Below are positions 1-12,599 of a DNA stretch of 64,000 nucleotides, piece by piece; within the stretch, counting starts at the first letter, position 1; each line of letters opens with the position of its first letter. The DNA is taken from positions 162,936,001-163,000,000 of the forward strand of contig NC_043000.1 of assembly GCF_006345805.1 (NCBI RefSeq), written 5' to 3'. A program made the position numbers and the translations under genes. The DNA comes from Octopus sinensis (taxonomy: Eukaryota). The notes below the pieces were generated by a model. It had not been told where the DNA came from, did no database searches, and saw only the letters and a program-made list of their open reading frames with translations.

Positions 1-720
1 GGGTATCAAAGTTTTTAAAGCTGGTCGAATGTATGATTGAAAACTGTAGATATGTAAATTTGTAAATTTCTTAACTTATTTTGAAGGGCTGTTCTGTATT
101 ATTTGTGAATAGAGAAGCTGTGTTCGACCAGAGAGAATCTTAGCATCATTATTTTTTCCATGTGCGTTTGTGTTATTGCAATAAAAAGTGTTTGTATATT
201 TCGTGCAAGGTAATATTGTGGAGGTTGAAGTTGACCCCTCTAGAGATATTTGTATGTCCAGTTAGAAAACAGGTGTTTTTTTGCAATAAAAAGTATGTTT
301 ACATTTATATTTGAATATTCTGGGAGGAAGCAAAGAAAAGTCAGATATTCATAGAAAGTTTTAGGTTTTGCAAGTCTACAAAAAAAAAAAAAAGAAAAAA
401 AAAAAAAAAAAAAGCGTGATGTTTTTAGAGAGAAGAAAAAAAAGAAAGAAAGAAAAAAGGGTGCTTACAGAGGCAGTTGTGGGTATTAAAGTTTTTAAAG
501 CCGATCGGATGTATGTTTGAAAGCTGTAGATACGTAAATTTGTAAATTTCTTAACCCACTTTGAAGAGAATTTCAAATACTCACGAGTATTGAAGATGTT
601 CCAGTCTTTGAGAGTTATTTTCCCCGTTGCTAAACTGGCCCATATTAAGTGTTCTATGGCTTTCGGCCACGAACTGTCAGAGCAGTGAGGAACACGTCCA
701 GCCGCTGTCAAGGCTGGTGC

Positions 721-767
<47 letters not shown>

Positions 768-776
768 TTATTATTA

Positions 777-3700
777 CTTTTTTTTCTTCTTTCAAATTTG
801 CTTCCATTTCTTGCCGAGTGTCTTCCCGACTCCTAGGGCAAAGAAACTCATAGTATACATTGGTAGGCCATTAAACCAAACTCAGTAGTTCGTTCATTTT
901 TTTTTTTTTAAGTTAAATTAAAATACAGGAGCAGCAACAGTTCTCACATCGACAATGCTCTTCTCAATACGTGTGATGTACCAGTTAAGACAATCTTTTG
1001 CACTTCTTGCAGGGATGGTAAGCCAGGGATCATTCTCATATAATTTTCGGTTCCCTTCTTGATCATTCCTAGTGCTCCTACGATCACTGGTATTGTAACC
1101 GCCTTGAGATGCCACATTTTCTCAATTTCAATGAGTAGGTCTTTATATTTTCTGAGCTTGTCAAACTCTTTCGCTGAGATATTATGATCACAGGGGATGC
1201 TCATGTCGATCAATAAGCAAACTTTATTGTTTTGGTCTTTCACAACAATATCTGGTTTATTGGCCTTGATGGTTCGGTCTGTATGTACTGGAATGTCCCA
1301 CAGAATGGTTACATTTTCTCCTTCAGTTACAGCCTCAGGGTGGTGATTATACCACTTGTCGGCAGTTTTGATATTGTAATGCCGACTTATTAGCCAGTGG
1401 AGATATTGGCCAACTCTGTCATGTCTTAATTTATACTCCACTGGTGCTAAGACTTTACATCCAGAGATTAGGTGGTCCACTGTTTCAATCATGTCGTTGC
1501 AGAATCGGCATTTTGGGTCTGCTCCATTTTTCATCACATTGGCCTGGTAGTTCCGGGTTAATAGGCTTTGGTCTTGAGCAGCCAGGATGAAACCTTCGCT
1601 CTCTGCTTTTAGCCTGAGCTCCGCAGCCACTGATGGGTTTGCTTCTGGTCAACATCAGCTTGTTTGCTGCGGGTCACATATTTGCCGTGCAGAGGTTTCT
1701 CCTCCCCTATCAGCCAATTGCTCGTGCGCTTTTTTCATTGCCATCATTTTCACCTTCTTTGCAACAATAGTTGCCGTACTTCCCTCGGGTTGTTCAGTTT
1801 GGGTATCCTGCACGAGAGCAATAGCAATTTTTTTGCTTTCCTTTATGATAGAATGAAGCTTCTTTCGTCTCTCGTGATTTTCCACGAGCTTTAGCATCCA
1901 GTCATTCGATATTTCGAGATATTTGGCCAGTCCAATTGTGGTTGTTTTGTAAGCTAGTTCAAATTGGATCAGGCCTCGACCTCCTTGGGCTCTGGAAGGT
2001 AAAGGCGATCTACGTCTGCCTTTGGGTGGTGCATCCTATTACAACTCAGCAGCTTGCGTATTTTTCTATCTATATTCTTTACTTCACTCATATTCCAGTT
2101 CAACACATTGTAGCTATAAGTAACAACTGGAACTGCTAAGGAATTTATAGCTAACACCTTGTTACGTGCATTTAGTTCAGATTTCAGGACTGCACGAACT
2201 CTCCTATAACATTCCTTCCTGATTTTCTCTTTCATGCTTGCATGCTGAATACCAGAGCCTTCATTTATCCCTAAATATTTGTATGTCTGTTCTTGCTCAA
2301 GCTCTCTTATGACTGTGTCAACATCTAGCACGACTGAATTTGTGGTCTTCACTTTCCCTTTCTGGAAAGTGGCCTTGGCACACTTCTCAAGTCCAAACTC
2401 CATCCCGATGTCATCGCTGAATGCTTTCACGGTGCGCAATAGGCCTTCAAGTTCATTATTGTCTTTACCATAAAGTTTTAAGTCATCCATATAAAATAGA
2501 TGGCTTTTTTTTTATTGGCAATTTTATAACCCATACCCTGTTCTGTTTAATTCACTTGTAAGGGGTATTAGGGCTATGCAGAATATTAAAGGTGAAAGTG
2601 AGTCACCTTGAAAACTTCCACCAGTTGATGTTTATATTTTCTGAGGCAAGTACTCCATTAGAGTGGTATAATTGGAGATTCGTATTCCACAACGACATAT
2701 TGTGCTTCAGGAAGTTTGAAATCACAGGGGAATTTTAAAGATGTCCAGCGATCTCAAGATCCATGGATGCGGTATACTGTCGAAGGCCTTTTTATAGTCA
2801 ATCCATGCGGTGCTGAGATTTCTGCGCTTGTTGTGACAGTTCTCAAGGATCATACGATTGATTAGCAGTTGATCTTTGCATCCGTAAGAGCCTCGGCGGC
2901 ACCCTTTTTGTTCAATGGGGAAAATATCGTTCTTCTCCATGAATGCATATGTTTTCTCCGCCAGGATAGATGTTAGGATTTTATACGTGGTGGATAGACA
3001 GGTTATAGGCCGATAGTTTTTTGGAAGGTTGGTTTCGTTATTCTTTGGGAGTAGGTAAGTAATGCCACTTGCTAACCATTCAGGTGTTTTCTTTGGGTCT
3101 CTCAAATTCCATTGAGCAGCTGAACTAGCTTACCGTGTGCGCACGGGAGCGATGCGAGCCAGAAATCGGCACCCTATCTTTACCGGGGGATTTCCAGTTA
3201 TGAGCCTTCGTGAGTGCCTTTTTAGGTCTTCTATTGTGATGTCTTCCCATGCTTGTTGTTGTAAATTTTGGTACGATCCTTCAGTTTGTATAATCCAGTC
3301 TGCATTTATGTTGTACGTCTTCTTGTCACTCCAAATCCTTTCCCAAAGTTTTGAACTTCTCCATGGGAGGGGGGGTCTTTAACGGTTACTTTCTCCTTCC
3401 CTATTCTCTGTAGAATTTTTTGGCATTGGATGTGAACAGCTTATTTTGCTTGTAAAACTTGTTTCTTTTCTCAAATCTTCGTATTCTTTGGGCTTTTGCT
3501 TGGACTTTTTGTTTCAGCGTTTCTTTTATTGATATCAGTTCTTCTCTTGGTGAGGATCCAAATTTTCTCTTCATCTTTCTTCCTGTTCTGGATCTTACAT
3601 CATTTCCACATATTAGTTCATTTAATATTGATATTTCCCCTCTCATAAATTCAATCTCTTTTTCAATTTTACTTCTCCAGGTTTGATTTCTTCTTCCAGG

Positions 3701-4736
3701 TTTTGCTTCTTTGTTTTTTCGGGGGCATACAGCTGGTTTCAATTGCCTAGCAGAAGCGTAAATAATTTCATTTAACTCAGTAAAATCAGGTTTTAATTCT
3801 CGTATTATTTCATTTGTTACATAGTTGCCAATTTGGATTTGTTTTTTTATTTTGGTTTGTATTTGAGAGTTTATGAAGTGGTTCTCTCTATCATTCATAC
3901 TTGTATGTCTTACAACTTCAAGCGTATTCAGGATTTTCTGCCTCATTTCTGCCATAGACTCTCTGTGTTCTTCAGCAAATGCGAGATCTTCAGTTACTGT
4001 TGTTTTTTCGTTTTCCTGGCTATCTTTAACAGGTACAATAGAATTTCTTGTATCTTCAGGCCTTTGCGTACTTTGATCAGATGGCAGTCTTTCAATTAAG
4101 CCTCGTGGCGGGCTATACTGTTCATCTGATTCTTCATTTCCTTTGTGTCTTATATTTATGTCATTTTCCGTTGCGTGCTTGATCGCACTTATTTCACTGT
4201 CTGTGAGTCTGTTATTTCTAAAGATATCCCTCCTCACATTTGCTAATTTGTTCTCGTCCAAATAGGGCCTACTGTCTTGATTCCGTGTTCTCCATATACT
4301 GTAAGAGTTTGCGGTGTGTCTCTCTTGAGATGGCCTACCTAATGCATAGTAATAAGCGTATATTACTTCTTTATACTCTTCTCGGGTCCATTTGTTCCGC
4401 TTACATTTTTCTTTCTGTGGTGGTTGTGGTGGTGAACTTGGAGGGCTCGAGTTGGGGGATTTCCCGTTCAAGTGACCATCCATGTCCGTATTCGGAGAAG
4501 AGTTTGTGCCAGTTGATGACTTTTCGATCCCAGGCTGGCTCTTCCCTGGGCGACGCGCTTCCAGATTAACCATAGGACAAGCGATTTGGTATACTGATTT
4601 AGTTTTCCTTTTAGTTTCCAAAAACATTTTGGTGCTACGATAATGTTATCATTTTTTAGCTTTGATTGGCTCGTGGGGAGACGGCCATCATTGCCGTTAC
4701 AATTATAATCGTACCATTATAGCAGCCGTAGTCGGC
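777..4736 (-). mobile_element. R4/Dong-clade non-LTR retrotransposon (RT plus restriction-like endonuclease), near full length, several frameshifts
   Basis: ORF pieces 3401-4627, 2722-3105, 1969-2490, 1655-1897 and 944-1630 read as one protein: NYRPITCL, WIDYKKAFDS, FQGDSLSPLIFC, YMDDLKLY (RT), then CRFC..ETVDHLISGC..RHD (CCHC) and KPDIVV..LLIDMSIP (RLE). Both ends abut (TAA)n on the element strand (721-776 and about 4737-4750), as for the TAA-targeting Dong family. Confidence 0.93.
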
Positions 4737-5179
4737 TTATTATTGTTATTATCTTCACCATTACCATCACTATCATCATTATCACCACCATTACCATCAT
4801 CATTATCATCATCACCCTCACCATCACCACCATCATCATCAATGATATTGTTTTATGTGTAGTCACAGCAGTATATTATTGTTATTTTTGTTTTTTTATC
4901 ATTATCACCATCACAGTAGTGTCTGTCTGTCTCGTTGGCTGGCTTGGTGGTTGGCTGGCTGACTGTCTTCAATGCCAGAGTTCTTGCCTGTCAAATAATA
5001 CTTTCATATTTGGTTAACAATAGAGCCGAGGTGAGGTTTGTGTGTGTGTGTGTGTAGATAGATAGATAGAATATAAGCACTATTACTACTTTTTTTTTTT
5101 TTTTTTTTTTGGGTGGGGTCAAAAAAAGTTCAGATGTTTACTACTATTAGCCTTAAGAAAAATTAAGGAAGGGGTGTCC

Positions 5180-6110
5180 TGTATTGTTTGTGAATAGAGA
5201 AGTTGTGTTCGACCAGAGAGAATCTTAGCATCATCATTTTTTTCCATGTGCGTTTGTGTTATTGCAATAAAAAGTGTTTGTATATTTCGTGTAAGGTAAT
5301 ATTGTAGAGGTTGAAGTTGACTTTTCTAGAGATGTTTGTATGTCCAGTTAGAAGAACAGGTGTGTTTTTGCAATAAAAAGTATATGTTTACATTTATATT
5401 TGAATATTCAGGGAGGAAGCAAAGAAAAGTCAGATTTTCATAGAAAGTTTTACGGTTTTGAAAGTCCACAAAAAGAAAAGCGTGATGTTTTTAGAGAGAA
5501 GAAAAAAAAAAGATGTTTACAGAGGCAATTGTGGGTATCAAAGTTTTTAAAGCTGGTCGAATGTATGATTGAAAACTGTAGATATGTAATTTGTAAATTT
5601 TCTTAACTTATTTTGAAGGGCTGTTCTGTATTATTTGTGAATAGAGAAGCTGTGTTCGACCAGAGAGAATCTTAGCATCATTATTTTTTCCATGTGCGTT
5701 TGTGTTATTGCAATAAAAAGTGTTTGTATATTTCGTGCAAGGTAATATTGTGGAGGTTGAAGTTGACCCCTCTAGAGATATTTGTATGTCCAGTTAGAAG
5801 AACAGGTGTGTTTTTGCAATAAAAAGTATGTTTACATTTATATTTGAATATTCTGGGAGGAAGCAAAGAAAAGTCAGATATTCATAGAAAGTTTTAGGGT
5901 TTTGCAAGTCTACAAAAAGAAAAAAAAAAGAAAAAAAAAAAAAAAAAAAAAGCGTGATGTTTTTAGAGAGAAGAAAAAAAAAAGAAAGAAAGAAAGAAAA
6001 AAGGGTGCTTACAGAGGCAGTTGTGGGTATTAAAGTTTTTAAAGCCGATCGGATGTATGTTTGAAAGCTGTAGATACGTAAATTTGTAAATTTTCTTAAC
6101 CCACTTTGAA
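5180..6110. repeat. About 447-bp tandem unit (roughly 2 copies) flanking the R4 3' end
   Basis: gaccagagagaatcttagcatca at 5211 and 5658, plus repeated tgtaaattt..cttaa blocks. Confidence 0.8.
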
Positions 6111-6297
6111 GAGAATTTCAAATCAAACTCACGAGGTATTGAAGATGTTCCAGTCTTTGAGAGTTATTTTTCCCCGTTGCTAAACTGGCCCATATTAAGT
6201 GTTTCTATGGCTTTCGGCCACCGAACTGTCAGAGCAGTGAGGAACACGTCCAGCCGCTGTCAAGGCTGGTGCTTATTATTATTATTATATATTATTA

Positions 6298-6329
<32 letters not shown>

Positions 6330-6330
<1 letters not shown>

Positions 6331-7225
6331 TTTTTTTTCTTCTTTCAAATTTGCTTCCATTTCTTGCCGAGTGTCTTCCCGACTCCTAGGGCAAAAAACT
6401 CATAGTATACATTGGTAGGCCATTAAACCAAACTCAGTAGTTCGTTCATTTTTTTTTTTTTTAAGTTAAATTAAAATACAGGAGCAGCAACAGTTCTCAC
6501 ATCGACAATGCTCTTCTCAATACGTGTGATGTACCAGTTAAGACAATCTTTTGCACTTCTTGCAGGGATGGTAAGCCAGGGACATTCTCATATAATTTTC
6601 GGTTCCCTTCTTGATCATTCCTAGTGCTCCTACGATCACTGGTATTGTAACCGCCTTGAGATGCCACATTTTCTCAATTTCAATGAGTAGGTCTTTATAT
6701 TTTCTGAGCTTGTCAAACTCTTTCGCTGAGATATTATGATCACAGGGGATGCTCATGTCGATCAATAAGCAAACTTTATTGTTTTGGTCTTTCACAACAA
6801 TATCTGGTTTATTGGCCTTGATGGTTCGGTCTGTATGTACTGGAATGTCCCACAGAATGGTTACATTTTCTCCTTCAGTTACAGCCTCAGGGTGGTGATT
6901 ATACCACTTGTCGGCAGTTTTGATATTGTAATGCCGACTTATTAGCCAGTGGAGATATTGGCCAACTCTGTCATGTCTTAATTTATACTCCACTGGTGCT
7001 AAGACTTTACATCCAGAGATTAGGTGGTCCACTGTTTCAATCATGTCGTTGCAGAATCGGCATTTTGGGTCTGCTCCATTTTTCATCACATTGGCCTGGT
7101 AGTTCCGGGTTAATAGGCTTTGATCTTGAGCAGCCAGGATGAAACCTTCGCTCTCTGCGTTTAACCCTGAGCTCCGTAGCCACTGATGAGTTTGCTTCTG
7201 GTCAACATCAGCTTGTTTGCTGCGG
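6330..7225 (-). mobile_element. 5'-truncated second copy of the same R4/Dong element
   Basis: Near-identical to 777-1672 (ORF 6538-7089, CCHC plus RLE). Flanked by TTA arrays at 6273-6329 and 7226-7303. Confidence 0.92.
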
Positions 7226-7255
7226 ATTATTATTATTATTATATTATTATTATTA

Positions 7256-7304
<49 letters not shown>

Positions 7305-7574
7305 ATCTGTTGTACCTGGGGAGAGTCATTTTCTTTTTGTGCCTTATAATATAACACACTCACCGGTAAAATTTCCCCTTTTTTTCTTATTTTTATTTTC
7401 CTAAAATTTTCGTTGCATCATGCAACCTATTCGATAGTTTTGACTCTGTCCGTTATTTAACACTGCGATATTTACTCTGAGAGAATGCAGTGTAAATAAC
7501 GGACAGAATATGCTTCAACACACGAATTCATATAAAGAATCTTGCAAACCAAATCCAAAAACGAAAAATAATAA

Positions 7575-7790
7575 TCTATTATATAAAATCCGTTCTGTCT
7601 GTCTGTGTGTGTGTCTTCTAGGATCTCGGGCATCCTCCATCCGATTGCGCTCAAATTTGATATGTAGATACCGACGGTATCAGAGCGTGTGTAAGTCTTG
7701 AAAAAAATACAAAAATCGATTCCAGGTGAGAATGCGATCGATAAAGCCGTGGAAACGTGCATTAGTACGCGCAAGTACATAAGTCGAAAT
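7575..7790 (+). mobile_element. Helitron-like non-autonomous element, 5' portion
   Basis: A|TC-tattatataaaa start followed by a (ctgt)n microsatellite, the same 5' architecture as 29423. No 3' hairpin-CTAG found. Confidence 0.5.
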
Positions 7791-7938
7791 CCGCCTTTTG
7801 CTGGTGTCTCAAATTTAGGTTAAATCAGTGTTTCTCAAAGGGGACGCCTATGGGTCGGTAGGACAAGTTGCTTTGAGAAAATTTGGTTTAAATGTTCGAC
7901 AACTAAGCACCGTCCATTGGACGGTGGACGTTTTGCTC

Positions 7939-7939
<1 letters not shown>

Positions 7940-7974
<35 letters not shown>

Positions 7975-8057
7975 GTAATAATAATATAATAATAATAATA
8001 ATAATATATAATAATGATAATAATAATAGTAATAATAATAATAATAATATAGTAATA

Positions 8058-8099
<42 letters not shown>

Positions 8100-8116
8100 C
8101 GTTATCATTATTATTA

Positions 8117-8152
<36 letters not shown>

Positions 8153-8188
8153 TATTATTATTTATTATTATTATTATTATTATTATTC
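7940..8188. repeat. (TAA)n joined directly to (TTA)n (inverted trinucleotide array)
   Basis: Sequence switches from aataataat to tattattat at about 8055. Confidence 0.95.
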
Positions 8189-8400
8189 AGTAGTTTTATT
8201 TTTATAGCGTGCTTTCACTTCACTACCGAGCGCAGCTCTGTGTGCCTTGGGTATGTGCTGTGATTTGTTGTGATGCTCTGATGGTTATTGTATGGAAAGT
8301 GTTCTGCGTAGGATGTGTGCAGTGCCTAGTAGTGCAATTTTCTGTATGTTATATGTGTTTGTAAGTCCTGGTGTTTTTGTTATGTATTTATCTGAAAAAA
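8189..8400 (-). mobile_element. 3' end of another R4/Dong subfamily
   Basis: Minus strand translates DKYITKTPGLTNTYNIQKIALLGTAHILRRTLSIQ*, homologous to VQKIVLTGTSHVLRRALSM* of the main element. Short 3' UTR, then TAA tail. Confidence 0.85.
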
Positions 8401-8598
8401 GCGTTTGTCCTCAGTTGTTTCGCTGTTGCTGATTGTCCATACATTCTCTTTTGCTATAGAGAATTACCTTCTCTCTTCCAGTCGAAGAAGGCATCGAGAT
8501 GATTCTCACGATGGTTTCAACTGATATCTGAATACGTCCTTACATGCTACAACAATTGTTCGACATAGCGATAATAAATATTCCTTATATTTGCTACA

Positions 8599-8900
8599 GT
8601 GGAGGCACATGGCCTAGTGGTTAGAGCAGTGGACTCGCGGTCGAAGGATCGCGGGTTCGAATGTCAGACCGGGCCATGTGTGTATTTATGAGCGAAACAC
8701 CTAAGCTCCACGTTGCTTCGGCAGAAGGTAATGGCGAAATTCTGCTGACTCTTTCGCCACAACTTTCTCTCACTCTTTCCTCCTGCATCTTGCAGCTCAC
8801 CTTCGACGGACTGGCGTCCCGTCCAGGTGGGAAACCTATACGTCAAGGAAACCGGGAAACCGGCCCTTATGAGCCAGGTATAGCTTGAGAAGGAACAAAC
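8599..8900 (+). mobile_element. tRNA-derived SINE with 12-bp target-site duplication
   Basis: A box TGGCCTAGTGG and B box GGGTTCGAAT. TSD atatttgctaca at 8587-8598 and 8901-8912. The body motif gactggcgtcccgtccagg resembles V/Meta-type SINE bodies. Confidence 0.88.
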
Positions 8901-9029
8901 ATATTTGCTACAAGACTGTCAAACAGATGTTATTATGTTCTAATACAAATGCACTTCATTATTGAATTGTGTCTGTTTTGAATGCACTTCATTTTGAATT
9001 GTGTCTGTTTACTACAATACTGCACTGAT

Positions 9030-9532
9030 TGGAAACGTCATCATGTACGTTGTTTTGTTTTGGTATAAAAGATGAGTTACAGCATATATTCCGCTCGATA
9101 CCACAGATTTGCTTGTCAGTTGTTTGACCTTTATCGATTGAGCATGTCCCTTAGTGGTTGACGATATGTGCATCTCTGATCATGAACAGAAGTAGCGGTG
9201 GAGTATCATAGCCATGTGTTGAGAGGAATCCCCTGGGGTTTGGATAATTCACATTTGGAAACATGGGTGTTTCATTCAGCATCCTTAAACAACCCTTATT
9301 CAGGGACTTTTTGAACGGGAAGGGCTACTCGACCTGAAGAAAATTCTAATTGGGCCCCACCTGCAAGGTCATGCACTGTCTATCTTGATATGAGATCACC
9401 ATATCGCGCACATATGGTTGTGATGCATGTCCCAGAGGCATCTTTATCAGACGGGTAAGTCATGATGGGTATACTGGGCTTCATATATTTTACCCCAGTG
9501 TCACTTTGATAGCTTGCACTGCCCTCTCACTC

Positions 9533-9597
<65 letters not shown>
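9030..9597 (+). mobile_element. Non-coding interspersed element ending in a (TAA)n tail
   Basis: Non-simple sequence ending ...cactgccctctcactc followed by (aat)n at 9533-9597. No ORF; family identity is inferred. Confidence 0.45.
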
Positions 9598-9598
<1 letters not shown>

Positions 9599-9745
9599 CC
9601 TTTCTACTATAGGCACAAGGTCTGAAATTTGAGGGAGGGGTTAAGTCGATTACATCGACCCCATTATTTGACTGGTACTTAATTTATCGACCCCGAAAGG
9701 ATGAAAATCAAAGTCGACCTCGGCGGAATTTGAACTCAGAACCTA
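9598..9745 (-). mobile_element. Nin/Deu-domain tRNA SINE fragment
   Basis: Minus strand GAGTTCAAATTCCGCCGAGGTCGAC..TTTCATCCTTTCGGGGTCGATAAATTAAGTACCAG; the motif recurs many times in the window. Confidence 0.85.
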
Positions 9746-9759
9746 GCTATTTACAGGCG

Positions 9760-10310
9760 TATGTTCATGGAAGGCCCCTTCATTCATACCATGCTCGCCT
9801 CTCTCATCCACCTTTCAATAGCTTACTGAAAGGTAGCATTCCCTCTCCATCCTTATTTTCCTCTTCAAGTGAAACTTGAAGAAGTTGATGAGGGATTGGC
9901 GAAAGATAAAGGCGTTTGTCTTCAACCCCTTCAGTCACGTCCACCATACAACCTCTGCCACCGTGGCCACCACGTATACAAAAGCTGTCTGCCTCTCCTA
10001 GTTAAAAGAACGTGGTGGAGCGATCTGCAGGATGGGTTCAGTTGAAAGTTGGATCCATCCTACACGTGACAGCAGATGTTTCACATGAACCCACAGGACG
10101 AGGGCATGCGGGAACATTTCGTCATCCTGCGCTCATCTCGGACATTCACGGCTAACAGCACTTCCATCTATGTAAAGAGATTATCCCGAACCGTCAATGC
10201 TCCACCAGTAGCACTGCTTGGCCAGAGATTTCTGGAAGTTATCCATCGGGTCGAAAGTTCTCCGAACGAGGCTACTTGAGGGTCTTCGACGCCCAGGGTC
10301 TCCTCAATGA
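9760..10310 (-). pseudogene. L1/Tx1-clade ORF2 C-terminal remnant (zf-RVT region)
   Basis: Frameshifted minus-strand translation gives VRDNL..RECPR..DE..PHAL..VKHLLSRVG..LINFFKFHLKRKIRMERE. Confidence 0.6.
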
Positions 10311-10854
10311 TGATGATGATGATGATGACGACGATGATGATCAAGATGATGGGGGTGGAAGAGGAGAGGAGGGGGAAGGGGAGGGAAGGGGAGGAGGGGG
10401 ATTGCGAGGAGGAAGGGGAGGAGATGAAAAGGGGGAAGGGGAGGTAGGAAGAGGAGGAAGGGGGGTAGGAAGAGGAGGAAGGGGAGGAGGAAGAAGAAGA
10501 AGTTCTTTATAAGTTGTCGTATTGTTAACATGATGATTTTCAGTTCTTATCTCTTCTTCTTTCCTCGTCATTTATTTCCCCCGCCCCTCCCATCTTTACC
10601 TTTACCTAACTGAGAAACAGAGAAACAAAGCAATTCTATTTATTGCTTTTTTTTTATTTCTTTTTCTTTCGGTCTTTCACGATAACGAGATGAATTTATG
10701 TATGTTCATATGTATGTGTGCATGTATGTGTTAGTGGTGTGTGTGTGTGATTGCTTCTATGTATAAGTGTAGGTGCGTATGTATGTGTATATCTGCATGC
10801 ATATCTGTATGAATATATCTATAATGCATGTATGAATGCCTCTATGAATGTATG

Positions 10855-10892
<38 letters not shown>

Positions 10893-11219
10893 AGTATCTC
10901 CCCCCCCTCACGCTGATACAGATTTTGCTGATTCTGCAGCTTCAGTTATGCTCTCAATCGTCTTCTTGACCACAATGATTCCGACGCCGATGATGCCAAT
11001 GCTCACACCACGACAGCATTTCTAACACAGATCCTATCAACCTGCAGCGCAGACACTTAATATCACACATCAGTAAACAGAGAACTTGAAAGTATCCTCT
11101 AATGGACTCTAAGTGTCATTCAACTTTCAAATCACAAGGAAACACAACTCCATAAAATGAAAGATGAAACGTTACACAAAATTCTGGCAGTCATCATATT
11201 TTAACTCTCTCATTTCTTT

Positions 11220-11560
11220 CTCGATATGTCTATCGACAGCATCGACAGGGTAGATTCCACTGTGCTTGTGATTCAATACAGAGACTATAAGCTTCAGAAA
11301 TGTGGCCAGGCCCTTCAACTTCAAGTTAGGAGAAGCACTGCTGAGTTCTTTCAGTAAGTTCAAGACTCGTCAACGGCAGCCCCGGCAGGCTCTAGGGAAC
11401 CATCACCTAATAATTCAAGGTAGTGGAGTCTACTACAAATAGACTTGTGCTACACAAGGACATCATGTACATGTCTTATGCGATGAAGAAGGAGCAGCTC
11501 ATATCCGACAGAACCTGAGAGAACTACGTAATCCGGACGAATCGTTTGCTAAACTCAAAC
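11220..11560 (+). pseudogene. Possible piggyBac-like transposase remnant
   Basis: Weak motifs VDSTVL..YRDY..QVRRSTAE and FNFKLGEALL..GNHHLI, with stops. Resemblance judged by eye only. Confidence 0.25.
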
Positions 11561-12599
11561 ACTGTGGGAAAAGTGTTTTGCTTTTCTTTGATGAAAACTT
11601 TTGATTAGGACCAGAAGATGAATAAAAGAAGTAGCAGGTAGCTTTACACGATCCGTACGAATTTAGTCAAGCTGGTCGGTTCAAGCGCCACGCCAAACTT
11701 CTGAAAAGACCCTCATGGAATTTACTTTCAAGGCGAAACAAACTGTATATTTGATTTCAATCAGTATTATTTATTTATTTATATAAAAACACCCGTTAAA
11801 TCAACGTTAAATGATTTAATATAGCGAACTTAGCTGAATGACTAATATTACTTTTATCTATTCAGCAAGGACGGTAGATAATTCGGTAGAGCTTTCAGCT
11901 TTTTCAGATTTCACTGAAGTATAGACTTCACCTTCATCGCCGAAATAGTAATGAGGCAGTCATTAAATGTACAATATTGTACTCGAGTAAGGCATGGAAA
12001 AGAAAATCATTCTGTTTCTAAAATGTAGATGCTTATATGTCTAGAAAGAGTGATATACACCAAGTTCTTTGCCGTTTCTGATGACCCTGGGAGTCGGGAG
12101 CAATGAGTATCATTTTGTACTTTGTCACATTTTTCTGCCAGACCTCAGGATCAATGGTACTGTTTGGATTGAGGCAACGAGAACCTGAACGGAGTAATTA
12201 AACCCTTGAGTAGAGTGTAGCAAGATCGGGATGAGGCATACTTGTTTCAGTGAGCCTGTACTTCTATATGGCTCTCGCAGCCCGTAGTGGCTGGAAGAGG
12301 CTTCTCACGATTATGTACCCTCATCCTATAGCCTCATAGTATGTTGGCTTTAACTCTCTAATCTACTACATTGGTGACGCCATCGAAAGGACAAATCGGT
12401 TGGCAGTCCCACAGTGCTAAGACTTTGTTGGGGACAGTTGCGGTGGATGAAGTGAGTAACTTGAACGAAGCCTATTTTGATCCTTGCATGCAGCCGTTTC
12501 CGAGGCTACGTCGAGTCCGTCATTGGGAATGAAGACAGTTTTGATGAATGATCTGTTTCTTTAATGCATCCGGTGAAACGAGTGTGCTATTTTGCCTAT

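Larger units (their letters stand above)
1..7225. repeat. Direct duplication, period about 5532 bp (1-1672 matches 5533-7225)
   Basis: gggtatcaaagtttttaaagctggtcgaat at 1 and 5533; gaccagagagaat at 126 and 5658. Identity continues through the TTA array into the R4 3' end. Confidence 0.95.

Noticed and set aside
4628-4736. HDV-like ribozyme in the R4 5' UTR
   Set aside because: A hairpin and a P3-like stem exist, but P1.1 and P2 could not be paired.
7826-7880. Tiny hAT-like TIR pair (cagtgtttctcaaag/ctttgagaaa)
   Set aside because: Only a 10-bp match, right end incomplete and no TSD.
8599-8680. tRNA-like sequences (also 22550-22628, 35870-36015, 50520-50590)
   Set aside because: A/B boxes are present but acceptor and anticodon stems do not pair, and they continue into repeat bodies. 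These are SINE heads, not tRNA genes.
12060-12560. Possible R2/NeSL-type C-terminal remnant on the minus strand
   Set aside because: Only a vague CCHC-like resemblance; too degraded to call without a profile search.
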